This document shows, piece after piece, positions 44,708 to 53,652 of a stretch of DNA of 64,000 nucleotides (position 1 is its first letter; each line of letters begins with the position of its first letter). Position numbers and translations under genes: made by a program. The notes under the pieces were generated by a model, which did not search any database, was not told the DNA's origin, and saw nothing but the letters and a program-made list of their open reading frames with translations. Source of the DNA: Deinococcus yavapaiensis KR-236 (GTDB taxonomy: Bacteria > Deinococcota > Deinococci > Deinococcales > Deinococcaceae); NCBI RefSeq assembly GCF_003217515.1, contig NZ_QJSX01000004.1, positions 249,140 to 313,139 on the forward strand. The letters run 5' to 3'.

Positions 44708-46953
44708 CGCTTGACCGTGATGGGAGCGGAGAACAACGTCGGGTTGGGGCTGGCGGCTTCGGTGGAGTAGCGAAGTTCGTACTCGCCCGGCTCGTTGGGA
44801 ACCGTGATTTGCACCGTGGCGCCTTCACGGGTGTAGGCGTAGTCGAGGTACGACCCGACGGGCGCGCCCTTCTTCACGATGGTGATGTAGTCGCCAGCGT
44901 TGCCGGGACCGGTCCAACGAACGCTGATCGTCTCGCCGACTTTGGCTTCCCTGGGACCGCTGAGGTTGTACGTCGCGCCTTTGAGCGTGATGGAGCGGCT
45001 TGCGAGGGTCGGATTGGGGCTGGCGGCCTCCGTGGAGTAGCGAAGCTCGTACTCGCCGGGTTCGACGGGCAGCTTGAGGCGAACGGGGTTGGCGTTGCGC
45101 GTGTAACCGTAGTCGAGGTAGCTTCCCACGGGTGCGCCCTTCTTCACGATGGTGATGTAGTCACGCTCGTTGTTGGGGCCCGTCCAGCGCACATCGACCG
45201 TGCCGCCCGCCACCGCTTCGCTCGGAGCCTCCAAGGCGTACGACGAGCCTTTGAGCGTGATGGGACGGCTCGCGAGGATCGGGTTGGGACTGGACGCCTC
45301 GGTGGAGTAACGCAGTTCGTACTCGCCGGGTTCGACGGGCAGCTTGAGCTGGACGGGATTGGCGTTGCGCGTGTAGCCGTAGCTGAGGTAGCTTCCGGCG
45401 GGCGCGCCCTTCTTCACGATGGTGACGTAGTCGCGCGCGTTGTTCGGACCCGTCCAGCGCACGCTCACCGTGCCGCCCGCGAGCGCTTCGCTCGGCGCGT
45501 CGAGAGCGTACTCGGCGGCCTTGAGCGTGATGGCCTTGGACGCCATGGTCTTGTTGGAGTCGTCGCTGGAGTAGCGCAGTTCGTACTCGCCCGGCTCCGT
45601 CGGAAGGTTGAGCGTGACGGGGTTGGCCGAACGGGTGTACTGATACGAGAGGTAGCTGCCTTCGGGCGCGCCCTTCTTCACGATGGTGACGTAATCGCGC
45701 TCGTTGTTCGGTCCGGTCCAGCGCACGCTGACCGTGCCGCCCGCGAGCGCTTCGCTCGGTCCGTCCACGCTCGTGGTGACGCGCCGCGCCGTGAAAGGCA
45801 CGCTTCGGCCGATCACGCGCTCGGTGCCGTCGGGGTTCTTGAGAACGTAACGCGCTTCGAGCTCACCTTCCACGTCGGGCAAGGTGAGTTCGACGTTGCC
45901 GCTCGCTCCTTTCGCGTACGTCCAATCGGAGTACACCGCGTCGGGGTCGCCTTTGCGCGTCACGGTCACCCAGTTGCGGTCGCCCGCAGGCGCGCCGGAG
46001 AAGGCGACTTGCACCTTGCTGCCCGCCACGGGATTCGCCGGAGTCACCGTCACGTTGACGTTCGCGACCTTGCCGATCTCGAAGGTGAAGCGGTTGGCGG
46101 CGCCCGGCGCGACCGTGAGGCCCGAGAAGGACTGCGCGCCGTTCGCGGCGCTCGTGACGGTCGCCGTGTACGTTCCGGCGAGCAGCGAGCCCGTGTAGCC
46201 GTTCGTGCCGGCGGCGAGGTCCGTCTTGTTGCTCGCGTCGACGCTGCCCACGAACGAGACGGTCGCGCCGCTCGTGACGGGCCGCCCGTTCTCCGTGAGG
46301 TCGACGGTGACGGGCAAGCGCGTCTCGACCGGCTTGGCGACGTCTTGCGTGGCCCGTCCGAGCGCGGCGGCGAGCGCGGCGCTCGAGTCGACGTTCTCGA
46401 ACTTGAGGCCCGAGAAGGCCCGTTGGGCGTTCGCGCCGAGGTCGATGCCAATCACGCGAATGTCCACTTCGATGCCGCGCGCCTTGAACGCTTCGAGGGC
46501 CGCTTGAAGGTTGCCGCCGCACGACTCCAACCCGTCCGTCACGAGGACGACGAGCTTGCGGCTCGCGTCTTGCGGGAAATCCGCCGCGGCTTGCGTCAGC
46601 GAGTACACAATGGGCGTCGCGCCGCGCGGACGCGTGGCCGTGACGGTGCTCGTGAGGGCGGCGCGGTCGAGGCCCCGCATCGGCAACACGAGCTTGCTGT
46701 CTTGGCAAGCGGAGGGATCGCCCGCCGAGGTGTTCGCGCCGTAGATGCGCAGACCGACGTTGAGATTGGCGCCTTCGGGCAGGCTCGACACGAAGTTTGT
46801 CAAGACGTCTTTGGCAGCGGCGATGCGCGTCGTGTCGGCGAACCGAGAGAACATGCTGCCCGACGCGTCGAGGATGAGTTGCACGTTCGTCGTGGTGCTT
46901 TGTGCCGAGGCGAGGGTGGCCGTCAAAAACAAGGCGAGGGAAAGGGATCGCAT
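44704..46953 (-). CDS. Secreted von Willebrand factor A (vWA/MIDAS) domain protein with five tandem beta-rich repeats of about 88 aa
   Basis: Signal peptide MRSLSLALFLTATLASAQS; MIDAS DASGSM...TDG; C-terminal repeats each containing VRWTGPNNERDY(V/I)TIVKKGAP.GSYL.Y.YTR...PGEYELRYS. Confidence 0.85.
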   Translation of the reverse strand: MRSLSLALFLTATLASAQSTTTNVQLILDASGSMFSRFADTTRIAAAKDVLTNFVSSLPEGANLNVGLRIYGANTSAGDPSACQDSKLVLPMRGLDRAALTSTVTATRPRGATPIVYSLTQAAADFPQDASRKLVVLVTDGLESCGGNLQAALEAFKARGIEVDIRVIGIDLGANAQRAFSGLKFENVDSSAALAAALGRATQDVAKPVETRLPVTVDLTENGRPVTSGATVSFVGSVDASNKTDLAAGTNGYTGSLLAGTYTATVTSAANGAQSFSGLTVAPGAANRFTFEIGKVANVNVTVTPANPVAGSKVQVAFSGAPAGDRNWVTVTRKGDPDAVYSDWTYAKGASGNVELTLPDVEGELEARYVLKNPDGTERVIGRSVPFTARRVTTSVDGPSEALAGGTVSVRWTGPNNERDYVTIVKKGAPEGSYLSYQYTRSANPVTLNLPTEPGEYELRYSSDDSNKTMASKAITLKAAEYALDAPSEALAGGTVSVRWTGPNNARDYVTIVKKGAPAGSYLSYGYTRNANPVQLKLPVEPGEYELRYSTEASSPNPILASRPITLKGSSYALEAPSEAVAGGTVDVRWTGPNNERDYITIVKKGAPVGSYLDYGYTRNANPVRLKLPVEPGEYELRYSTEAASPNPTLASRSITLKGATYNLSGPREAKVGETISVRWTGPGNAGDYITIVKKGAPVGSYLDYAYTREGATVQITVPNEPGEYELRYSTEAASPNPTLFSAPITVKR
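44707..46060 (-). repeat. Intragenic tandem direct repeats (5 units of about 264 bp, the 5'-most unit degenerate) encoding the repeated domain of the vWA protein
   Basis: Near-identical DNA segments (e.g. CCCTTCTTCACGATGGTGA(C/T)GTAGTC recurring at about 270-bp spacing at 44870, 45140, 45410, 45680). Confidence 0.8.
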
Positions 46954-47116
46954 ACAAGAACCTCCAAAGGGCGGAATCGGCCTGAAATCGAAGAGTGGCG
47001 TGCCATCATTGTGACCGTTCTCGCGAAGTTGGCAAGCGAGGGTGCGAGGAGAAATCGGGGCGCCTTCACGTGGCGGTCACGCGAAGTCAGCTTGCCTGAC
47101 CGAGGATGATTCCACG

Positions 47117-47893
47117 ATGACTCGACTCGGTTCGCACTCCAAGACCTTCGTGCTCGGCGTCGGACTCGCCGCCTCGGCGGCGTTCGCGCAAAGCCCGGCG
47201 GACACGCGCGTCGTGGACAAGGCCGCCGTCGCCGTCGCCCGTACCGTCGACGGCACCATCACGCCTTGTCCGGCAAGTTACACCAATTTCACGGCGGCCA
47301 AGGCGTGCGTGCGCGTTCCCTACTCGGCGGAACGAACGAAGATGTTGCTCAACCGCTCCGAAGCGACGCCGCTCGTGACCGCGTGGCGCTCTCAGCGCAA
47401 TCCGATCTTCTCGTACAACTACGTGCGTCAAGGCGGCGCGGTCGTGGCCGTGATCGCCGGGCCCGCGCCGGGTGACGCCAAGGCGACGCTCTTGGTGCTC
47501 GACACCGTGCCGACGCGGGCGGAAGCGGACCTGCAACGCCGCGAAGACATTCGAATCACGCCGAAGGTCAGTCCGCCCGCCGCGCCCAACCGCGCGTCCG
47601 AAACCGTGAACGTTCCGCCGTTTCGCCGCTCGCTCGCCCTGGCGTCGCCGCACCTCAACGGCGAGGACGTGCGCTTGCTGCAAGAGCGCCTCATCGAGGT
47701 CGCGCGTATTCCGCGCGGCACGGGCGGCGACGGATGGTACGGTCCCGTCACGGCGGCGACCGTGAAGGCGTTTCAAGCCGCGAACGGCCTCAGGGTCACG
47801 GGCGTCGTGGATCAAGGCACGTGGAGCCGATTGTTCTCCGATCGTGCCCAGCCGTTCGAGGCGCGAAGCGTGGACACGTACCTGGGCCGTTGA
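47117..47893 (+). CDS. Secreted protein with C-terminal peptidoglycan-binding (PG_binding_1) domain
   Basis: Signal peptide; C-terminal GDGWYGPVTAATVKAFQAANGLRVTGVVDQGTWSRL. Confidence 0.75.
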   Translation: MTRLGSHSKTFVLGVGLAASAAFAQSPADTRVVDKAAVAVARTVDGTITPCPASYTNFTAAKACVRVPYSAERTKMLLNRSEATPLVTAWRSQRNPIFSYNYVRQGGAVVAVIAGPAPGDAKATLLVLDTVPTRAEADLQRREDIRITPKVSPPAAPNRASETVNVPPFRRSLALASPHLNGEDVRLLQERLIEVARIPRGTGGDGWYGPVTAATVKAFQAANGLRVTGVVDQGTWSRLFSDRAQPFEARSVDTYLGR

Positions 47894-47966
47894 GCGCGCG
47901 CTCGTGCGAGCGGGAATGCTGCCCTAAGCGCCAAATCCGAGCATCAAGATCAAGTAAACTCCATTC

Positions 47967-47992
47967 AAAGCGGCTCGCCCGCTTTGTTTTGC
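47967..47992 (+). terminator. Rho-independent terminator
   Basis: AAAGCGG-ctcg-CCCGCTTT followed by GTTTTG. Confidence 0.6.
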
Positions 47993-48071
47993 TGTAAGAG
48001 CGAAGCGAAGCGGGCGCACGACTCGCACGACCGAACTTTCCGCCTCTCCCGCCGCGTTTCTTGGAGATCAT

Positions 48072-49592
48072 TTGAATTACTGGCGTTCCACCCTCAAACC
48101 CTTGTTGGACGAAGAAATCGGCACGATCTTCAAGCACGCGCCGATTCGGGTCACGCTCGCCTTTCCCAATCGCTACTCGGTCGGGATGGCGAGCCTCGGG
48201 TTCCAAGTCATCTACCGCATGTTCAATCAAGAGGAAGGCGTCGCGTGCGAACGCGCCTTCCTGCCCGAGGAGCCCGAAAGCTTCCGAGGCCACCTGCCGA
48301 CCGTCGAAACGGGCCGTGACGCCGGAGACTGCGAGCTCTTCGCGATTTCCGTGTCCTTCGAGCTCGACCTCACGAACATCATCCGCACCCTCGACGTGGC
48401 GGGCCTCGCTCCCCTGCGCGAGGAACGTGACGACAGCGATCCCATCGTGATGATCGGCGGGCCGTTCACGTCCTCCAATCCGTACCCCCTGACGCCCTTC
48501 GCGGACATCATCGCGATCGGCGACGGCGAGCAACTCGTGCCCGTCATCGCCGAGGCGCTTCGCGAAGCCTCGTCGCGCGAGGACTTCTACGACCTCATCG
48601 ACGGTGTGCCCGGCGTGTTTCTGCCCGCGCGTCACGTGCACGAGCCGAAGTGGGCGACGGCGCCTAAGGAACTGCTGCCCGCGTACAGCCAGATCGTCAC
48701 GCCGCACTCGGAGCTGTCGAACATGTTTCTCGTGGAGGCGCAGCGCGGCTGCCCGCGTCCGTGCACCTTCTGCTTGGCGCGCACGATGTACGGCCCGAAC
48801 CGCAACAATCAAGGTGACGAGCTGCTCGACAAGATCCCCGATTGGGCGACGAAGGTCGGCCTCGTCGGCGCGGCCCTCAGCGACTTTCCGCACACGAAGT
48901 ACGTGGGCCGCAAGCTCACCGAGCGTGGCGTCAAGCTCGGCGTGTCGTCGATTCGCGCGGACACGGTGGACACGGAACTCGCCGAGATCCTCAAGGCGGG
49001 CGGGCTGCGGACCTTCACGGTGGCGTCGGACGCGCCGTCGGAACGCCTGCGCCGCTGGCTGAAGAAGGGCATCACCACCGAGGACTTGCTGAAGACGGCG
49101 CACATCAGCCGCGACCTCGGCTTCTCGGGCCTCAAGGTGTACATGATGATCGGCCTCGGCCCCGAGAACGACGACGACATCACCGAGCTGATCGAGTTCA
49201 CGAAGGAGCTCGCGAAGATCAACCGCATCGCCCTCGGCGTCTCGCCGTTCGTGCCCAAGCGGCACACGCCGCACTTCGCCGATCCGTTCGCCGGGGTGCA
49301 GACGATCGAGAAGCGCCTCAAGCGCATCCAAAAGGAGTTGCGCACGACGGCCGAACTGCGAAACGTCAGCGCCAAGTGGGCGTGGGTGGAGAGCATTGTC
49401 GCGCGTGGCGGCGCCGAGATCGGCATGGCGGCATACTCGATCTACAAGAACGAGAGCATCGCCACGTGGAAGAAGGCGCTCGACGAGATCGGTTGGCACG
49501 ACGAGTTCGAGTCGAACCAGGCCGTGATCGACCTTCCGCCCGGTCAGCTCATTCGCGGCGTCAGCAGCCACGCCGAAGGCCTCGCGGTGTAA
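48072..49592 (+). CDS. B12-binding domain-containing radical SAM protein, 506 aa
   Basis: N-terminal cobalamin-binding-like domain (DSDPIVMIGGPFTS) and CxxxCxxC cluster motif QRGCPRPCTFC; TTG start. Confidence 0.8.
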   Translation: MNYWRSTLKPLLDEEIGTIFKHAPIRVTLAFPNRYSVGMASLGFQVIYRMFNQEEGVACERAFLPEEPESFRGHLPTVETGRDAGDCELFAISVSFELDLTNIIRTLDVAGLAPLREERDDSDPIVMIGGPFTSSNPYPLTPFADIIAIGDGEQLVPVIAEALREASSREDFYDLIDGVPGVFLPARHVHEPKWATAPKELLPAYSQIVTPHSELSNMFLVEAQRGCPRPCTFCLARTMYGPNRNNQGDELLDKIPDWATKVGLVGAALSDFPHTKYVGRKLTERGVKLGVSSIRADTVDTELAEILKAGGLRTFTVASDAPSERLRRWLKKGITTEDLLKTAHISRDLGFSGLKVYMMIGLGPENDDDITELIEFTKELAKINRIALGVSPFVPKRHTPHFADPFAGVQTIEKRLKRIQKELRTTAELRNVSAKWAWVESIVARGGAEIGMAAYSIYKNESIATWKKALDEIGWHDEFESNQAVIDLPPGQLIRGVSSHAEGLAV

Positions 49593-49607
49593 CCACTCGA
49601 CGAGATT

Positions 49608-49645
49608 CGAAGAGGGGCGCCGACTTCATGCCGGCGCCCCTCTTC
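49608..49645. terminator. Bidirectional terminator between convergent radical SAM and DUF1801 genes
   Basis: GAAGAGGGGCGCCG-acttcatg-CCGGCGCCCCTCTTC, 15-bp stem. Confidence 0.7.
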
Positions 49646-49671
49646 GCGCTTTCGACGCTTCAGCGCCGTCC

Positions 49672-50112
49672 TCACCCCACCGCTTTTCTCACGAGCAAGG
49701 CGACCGCCGCTTCGACGTCGACCGTCCACTCGGTCAGCGCGAAGGCGGTAGGCCACAAGGCTCCGTCATCGAGCTTCGCCTCGTCGCTGAAGCCCAGCGT
49801 CGCGTACCGCGTCTTGAATTTGTGCGCGCTTTGAAAGAAGCAGACGACCTTGCCGTCCTTGGCGTACGCGGGCATTCCGTACCAAAGTTTCGGCGACAAG
49901 GTGGGCGCGCTCGCCTTGATCAGCGCGTGCAGGCGCTCGGCCATGGCGCGGTCGGAGGGCGTCATCTCGGCGATCTTCGCGAGCACGTCGCTTTCCGCGT
50001 CTGCCTTGGCCGAGCGGGCGCCGCGGCGGCCTTCGGCTTTCTGCTCGGCGGCGCGCTCCTTCATCGCCGCCCGCTCTTCGTCCGTGAATACCTGAGGTGT
50101 TCGTTCACTCAT
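49672..50112 (-). CDS. DUF1801 (YdhG-like) domain protein
   Basis: [24 protein letters not shown]... typical family sequence. Confidence 0.7.
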   Translation of the reverse strand: MSERTPQVFTDEERAAMKERAAEQKAEGRRGARSAKADAESDVLAKIAEMTPSDRAMAERLHALIKASAPTLSPKLWYGMPAYAKDGKVVCFFQSAHKFKTRYATLGFSDEAKLDDGALWPTAFALTEWTVDVEAAVALLVRKAVG

Positions 50113-50146
50113 GAGACTTCCTCCCGTGGGCATCGAGGTCGGCAGG

Positions 50147-50590
50147 TCAAGTTGCCGACGGCCGAGCGACGCCGCGCCGCTCTTGAACGCGAATCAAGTT
50201 TCCGGCGGGATCGCGAACGGCGCAGTCGCGAACGCCGTAAGGCTGCTCGGTCGGTTCCTGAACGATCTCGGCGTTCCTGCTCTGCAAGCGCTCGAACGTG
50301 CCGTCGAGGTCGGCCGTGGCCAAGACGAGGGCCGCGTAAGTGCCTTTGGCCATCATCTCCGCGATGACGCGGCGCTCGTCGTCGGTCACGCCGGGTGTCG
50401 CCGCGGGCGGGTACAACACGATGGACGTGTGAGGCTGATCGGCGGGACCGACCGTGATCCAGTGCAATCCGCCGTATTCGACGTCGCCCCTCACCTCGAA
50501 GCCGAGGGTGTCACGGTAAAACGCCAGGGAGTCGGCCGGATCGTCGTGCGGCAGGAACGTCTGATGAATCGTGAGGTCCACGGAATTCAC
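50147..50590 (-). CDS. VOC family protein (glyoxalase/bleomycin-resistance fold)
   Basis: Paired beta-alpha-beta-beta-beta modules; [12 protein letters not shown]. Confidence 0.75.
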   Translation of the reverse strand: MNSVDLTIHQTFLPHDDPADSLAFYRDTLGFEVRGDVEYGGLHWITVGPADQPHTSIVLYPPAATPGVTDDERRVIAEMMAKGTYAALVLATADLDGTFERLQSRNAEIVQEPTEQPYGVRDCAVRDPAGNLIRVQERRGVARPSAT

Positions 50591-50591
50591 T

Positions 50592-51041
50592 CTAAGCGTC
50601 TTCGGGAGTCGGCGCTTCTCGATTCCTGATCGGTCGGATCACCTGCTTCGCCAAGCACGGCGGCATGCCCGCCGTCGCGCGGTCCGCGCGCGCTCGGTAC
50701 ACGCTGGGCGGAACGCCGACGAGTTCCGTGAAGCGGGTGCTGAACGTGCCCAGCGAAGAGCACCCCACCGCGAAGCAGACTTCGGTGACGCTGAGGTCGC
50801 CGCGTTGCAACAGCGCCATCGCGCGCTCGATGCGCCGCGTCATGAGGTAAGCGTACGGCGACTCGCCGTAGGCACGTTTGAATTGACGGCTGAGGTGCCC
50901 GCCCGACATGTTCACGCTGCGGGCGAGGGCTTCGACGTCCAGCGGACGATCGTACTCCCGGTCGATTCGGTCCCGAACGCGGCGCAGCCGAGCGAGATCG
51001 CGAAGGTGCGACGAGCCGAGCTCTTTGGTCACGGCTGCCAT
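50592..51041 (-). CDS. AraC family transcriptional regulator (HTH only, 149 aa)
   Basis: AraC-type HTH (LDVEALARSVNMSGGHLSRQFK...VTEVCFAVGCSSLGTFSTRF). Confidence 0.8.
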   Translation of the reverse strand: MAAVTKELGSSHLRDLARLRRVRDRIDREYDRPLDVEALARSVNMSGGHLSRQFKRAYGESPYAYLMTRRIERAMALLQRGDLSVTEVCFAVGCSSLGTFSTRFTELVGVPPSVYRARADRATAGMPPCLAKQVIRPIRNREAPTPEDA

Positions 51042-51090
51042 TGTCGCACTTGCCGGTCACCCGCGAAGCCGTTCGGGATGGAACGTACCG

Positions 51091-52197
51091 TCAGCGCCGA
51101 GGCGCTTCGTCTCGTTCCCGCCTCGACCCCAAGAACGCGCGGTACCGATCCAGCTCCGCGTCCAGTTCCCGCTCGAACGCCTTCGAAGCGGGCCGAGCGT
51201 TCACGAAGCCGACCTCGGCCTTCAACTCGCCGCCTTCCACCTTGAGGTTCGCCCACCCGATCGCCTCGCCGCGCCACACGAGGGGCAGGGCGTAGTAGCC
51301 GAGCTTGCGCTTCGCCGCCGGGGTGTACGCCTCGAAGCGGTACGCCCAGCCATGAAGGTGCTCGAACCTTCGGCGGTCCCACACGAGCGGATCGAACGGC
51401 GCGAGCAGGTGAACTTTGGCGGGTGCGTCCCCGTCGGGCGTCTCGCCGCCGGGCCAAAGGTACGTCACGCCGTCCACCTTCGCGCGTTCGGTCTGCGCGC
51501 TTCGCACGGCTTGCCGCAACTCGGGCGCGAGGTGACGAGCGCCGTAGCCCAGCATCGACACCGTCGCCTTGAAGCTGGCTTCGGGAATCGGGGCGAGTTG
51601 CCGCAGCACGAGGTCCACGAGGCCGCGCGCCTGCTCCGCCTTCGAAGGCGGATCGGCGTGAAGCTCGTGAAGGTGAAGGGCGGGACCGTACACGCGCACG
51701 CCTGCCTCACGCCGCACGACGCGCAGGTGGCCTCGGAAGTGCAAGCCTTCCAGGACGCGCGTCGTCGCGCTGCTCGTGCCGCCCCAGTAGTTTCCGACAC
51801 GCTCGCGCCCGAAGTGCGCCTCGACGTCCCTGGGATGCGCGACGCCTCGCTCGCGCACGAACGCCAGCACGCCGTCGAGCAGGTGCGGCGCTTCACGCTC
51901 GATGCGCAGCGCGGACGTTTCGCGAGGGTGAACGAGACGTTGCACGCGCCTCGGAACGAAGCCGTAGTTTTGCAGCACCTCCTCTTCCACGTCGAGGTCC
52001 GCGTAACGCCGCTCGAGGTCGCCCGCACGGTAGCCGCGCACCCGCTGGAAGAGGATGAGGTCCTGAGCGCGCGCCGGAGCGCGAATCGGGTCGGCCTGCA
52101 CGTATCCGAGGGCGTCGATGACGTCCTGCAAGCCCGCCTTGCCCGGCAGGGAGCGGCGAAGGGCGAACGTCCGCAGTGCGGCGAGGGAAAGCGGCAT
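51091..52197 (-). CDS. Winged-helix DNA glycosylase YcaQ/AlkZ family (DUF1006; interstrand cross-link repair) protein
   Basis: C-terminal 368 aa of the 838-aa track ORF, starting MPLSLAALRTFALRRS...; family-typical sequence. Confidence 0.75.
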   Translation of the reverse strand: MPLSLAALRTFALRRSLPGKAGLQDVIDALGYVQADPIRAPARAQDLILFQRVRGYRAGDLERRYADLDVEEEVLQNYGFVPRRVQRLVHPRETSALRIEREAPHLLDGVLAFVRERGVAHPRDVEAHFGRERVGNYWGGTSSATTRVLEGLHFRGHLRVVRREAGVRVYGPALHLHELHADPPSKAEQARGLVDLVLRQLAPIPEASFKATVSMLGYGARHLAPELRQAVRSAQTERAKVDGVTYLWPGGETPDGDAPAKVHLLAPFDPLVWDRRRFEHLHGWAYRFEAYTPAAKRKLGYYALPLVWRGEAIGWANLKVEGGELKAEVGFVNARPASKAFERELDAELDRYRAFLGSRRERDEAPRR

Positions 52198-52209
52198 ACA
52201 CTGGATTCT

Positions 52210-52725
52210 ATGCGTGAACTCGTCGTGTCCCATCGACACCCCGTTCCCGAGATCGGCGCGGCCCTTTGGACGTTGGAGGAAGCGCGGCGGCGCACGCACG
52301 AGAGCGTCACGGGCCTCTTCGATCCCGACGTCGCGCCCGCTGGACTCAACGCCATCGGTACGCTCCTGTACCACATCGCCGCGATCGAACTCGACTGGCT
52401 GTTCACCGAAGTCCGCCAGGAGGACTTCCCGGACGAGGCGGCGCGTTGGTTTCCCGTCGACGTGCGCGACGAGGCCGGGCGCCTCTCGGCGGTCGTGGGC
52501 GAGACCGTGCAGCACCACCTCGACCGCCTCGGATGGGTTCGCGCGCTCCTGCTCGACACGTTCGAGCACATGACCGTCGACGACTTCGTCCGGCCGCGCT
52601 CGTTGCCTCGGTACGACGTGACGCCTCAGTGGGTCCTCGCGCACCTCGCCTTGCACGAGTCGAACCACAAAGGCCAGATTCTGACGCTCCGAACGCTGCA
52701 AGGCCGCGCCGTGAGGAGAGACTGA
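52210..52725 (+). CDS. DinB family (DinB_2/DUF664-like four-helix bundle) protein
   Basis: MRELVVSHRHPVPEIGAALWTLEEARRRT...; His-rich metal-site residues; starts only 12 bp from the divergent YcaQ start. Confidence 0.7.
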   Translation: MRELVVSHRHPVPEIGAALWTLEEARRRTHESVTGLFDPDVAPAGLNAIGTLLYHIAAIELDWLFTEVRQEDFPDEAARWFPVDVRDEAGRLSAVVGETVQHHLDRLGWVRALLLDTFEHMTVDDFVRPRSLPRYDVTPQWVLAHLALHESNHKGQILTLRTLQGRAVRRD

Positions 52726-52726
52726 A

Positions 52727-53206
52727 GTGGTCGAGGCGAACGACACCCTCGCGCACGACCTCACCTTGTTCGGGCGCATGCTCGTCGCGTTCGTGCTGTC
52801 GGGCGCCATCGGCTTGGAGCGCGAGCTCACGCGCAAGGCCGCCGGGCTTCGCACGCACATCCTCGTGGGCACGTCGAGCGCGTTGTTCGTGATTCTCGCC
52901 GAACTTCTCGTCGAGAACTTCAAGGACCTCTCGACGAACATCCGCCTCGATCCGCTCGCGGTGCTCAGCGCGGTCGTGTCGGGCATCAGCTTTCTCGGGG
53001 CGGGCGCCATCTTCTCGTCGTGGCGGTCCGGCAAGACGAAAGGTCTCACGACCGCCGCGTCGATTCTCGGAACGGCGGGCGTCGGCATCACGTGCGGGCT
53101 CGACCACTTCCTCCTCGCGACGCTCGTCACGGGATTGTTCCTCGCAACGTTGCGCATGGTCGGGTGGATCGAAGCGCGCGGCTTGCGCGAACCCGACGAC
53201 GAATGA
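52727..53206 (+). CDS. MgtC/SapB family membrane protein
   Basis: Family sequence (LERELTRKAAGLRTHILVG); GTG start with GGAGAG RBS; abuts DinB stop. Confidence 0.8.
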   Translation: MVEANDTLAHDLTLFGRMLVAFVLSGAIGLERELTRKAAGLRTHILVGTSSALFVILAELLVENFKDLSTNIRLDPLAVLSAVVSGISFLGAGAIFSSWRSGKTKGLTTAASILGTAGVGITCGLDHFLLATLVTGLFLATLRMVGWIEARGLREPDDE

Positions 53207-53365
53207 GCCTTCCGGGCGTGCCCTGCGCCGTCGCTCCTCGCCGACCCACTCGGCCCGGCGAATCCAAGGCGAGCGTGACGAAGGTTCGGTCGGGGAAGAC
53301 GCGAACACCGCGAGGATCTCACGCGGCGAGAACAACCGAGGTCCGTGTTCTTGCACAATGTGGTC

Positions 53366-53569
53366 ATGAACAACGCGGTCGTCGGGAAGGCCTTGCGAAT
53401 CACCGGAATCATCTTCTTGGTGGCCGTAGGGATCGCGATGCTGTGGACCCTCATCCAATTCGGCCAGGCGCTCGGCCAACTGCTCATGCTGTACGTCGTG
53501 CTTCGCATCTTCATGTGGATCGTCGAGATTTTCGTGGAACTGTTCAAATCCCTCTTCGGCTTCGCCTGA
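53366..53569 (+). CDS. Small membrane protein (2 TM), 67 aa; low-GC gene
   Basis: Hydrophobic ORF MNNAVVGKALRITGIIFLVAVGIAMLW...; local GC about 52% against about 69% background; alternative GTG start at 53345. Confidence 0.45.
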   Translation: MNNAVVGKALRITGIIFLVAVGIAMLWTLIQFGQALGQLLMLYVVLRIFMWIVEIFVELFKSLFGFA

Positions 53570-53652
53570 TTCCGCGCAGAAGCGCGACTTGGGAAAGTCG
53601 ACGTCATCTGGTCGTCACCCGTGATTGAACCGTGAGCTCGTAGACTTCCTCA

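Noticed and set aside
44560-47109. 849-aa plus-strand ORF and the idea that the 44.7-46.0 kb direct repeats are a CRISPR array
   Set aside because: The ORF is antisense to the vWA gene. The repeats are about 264 bp coding units without short unique spacers, i.e. protein-domain tandem repeats, not CRISPR.
48072-49592. Radical SAM protein as anaerobic sulfatase-maturing enzyme for the atypical sulfatase
   Set aside because: It has an N-terminal B12-binding-like domain and a mid-protein CxxxCxxC motif, not the N-terminal cluster motif plus SPASM domain and size of about 370-400 aa expected for anSME.
51091-53607. 838-aa minus-strand ORF
   Set aside because: Only the C-terminal 368 aa (from MPLSLAAL) have YcaQ-family character; the upstream 470 aa read antisense through the well-supported DinB and MgtC genes.
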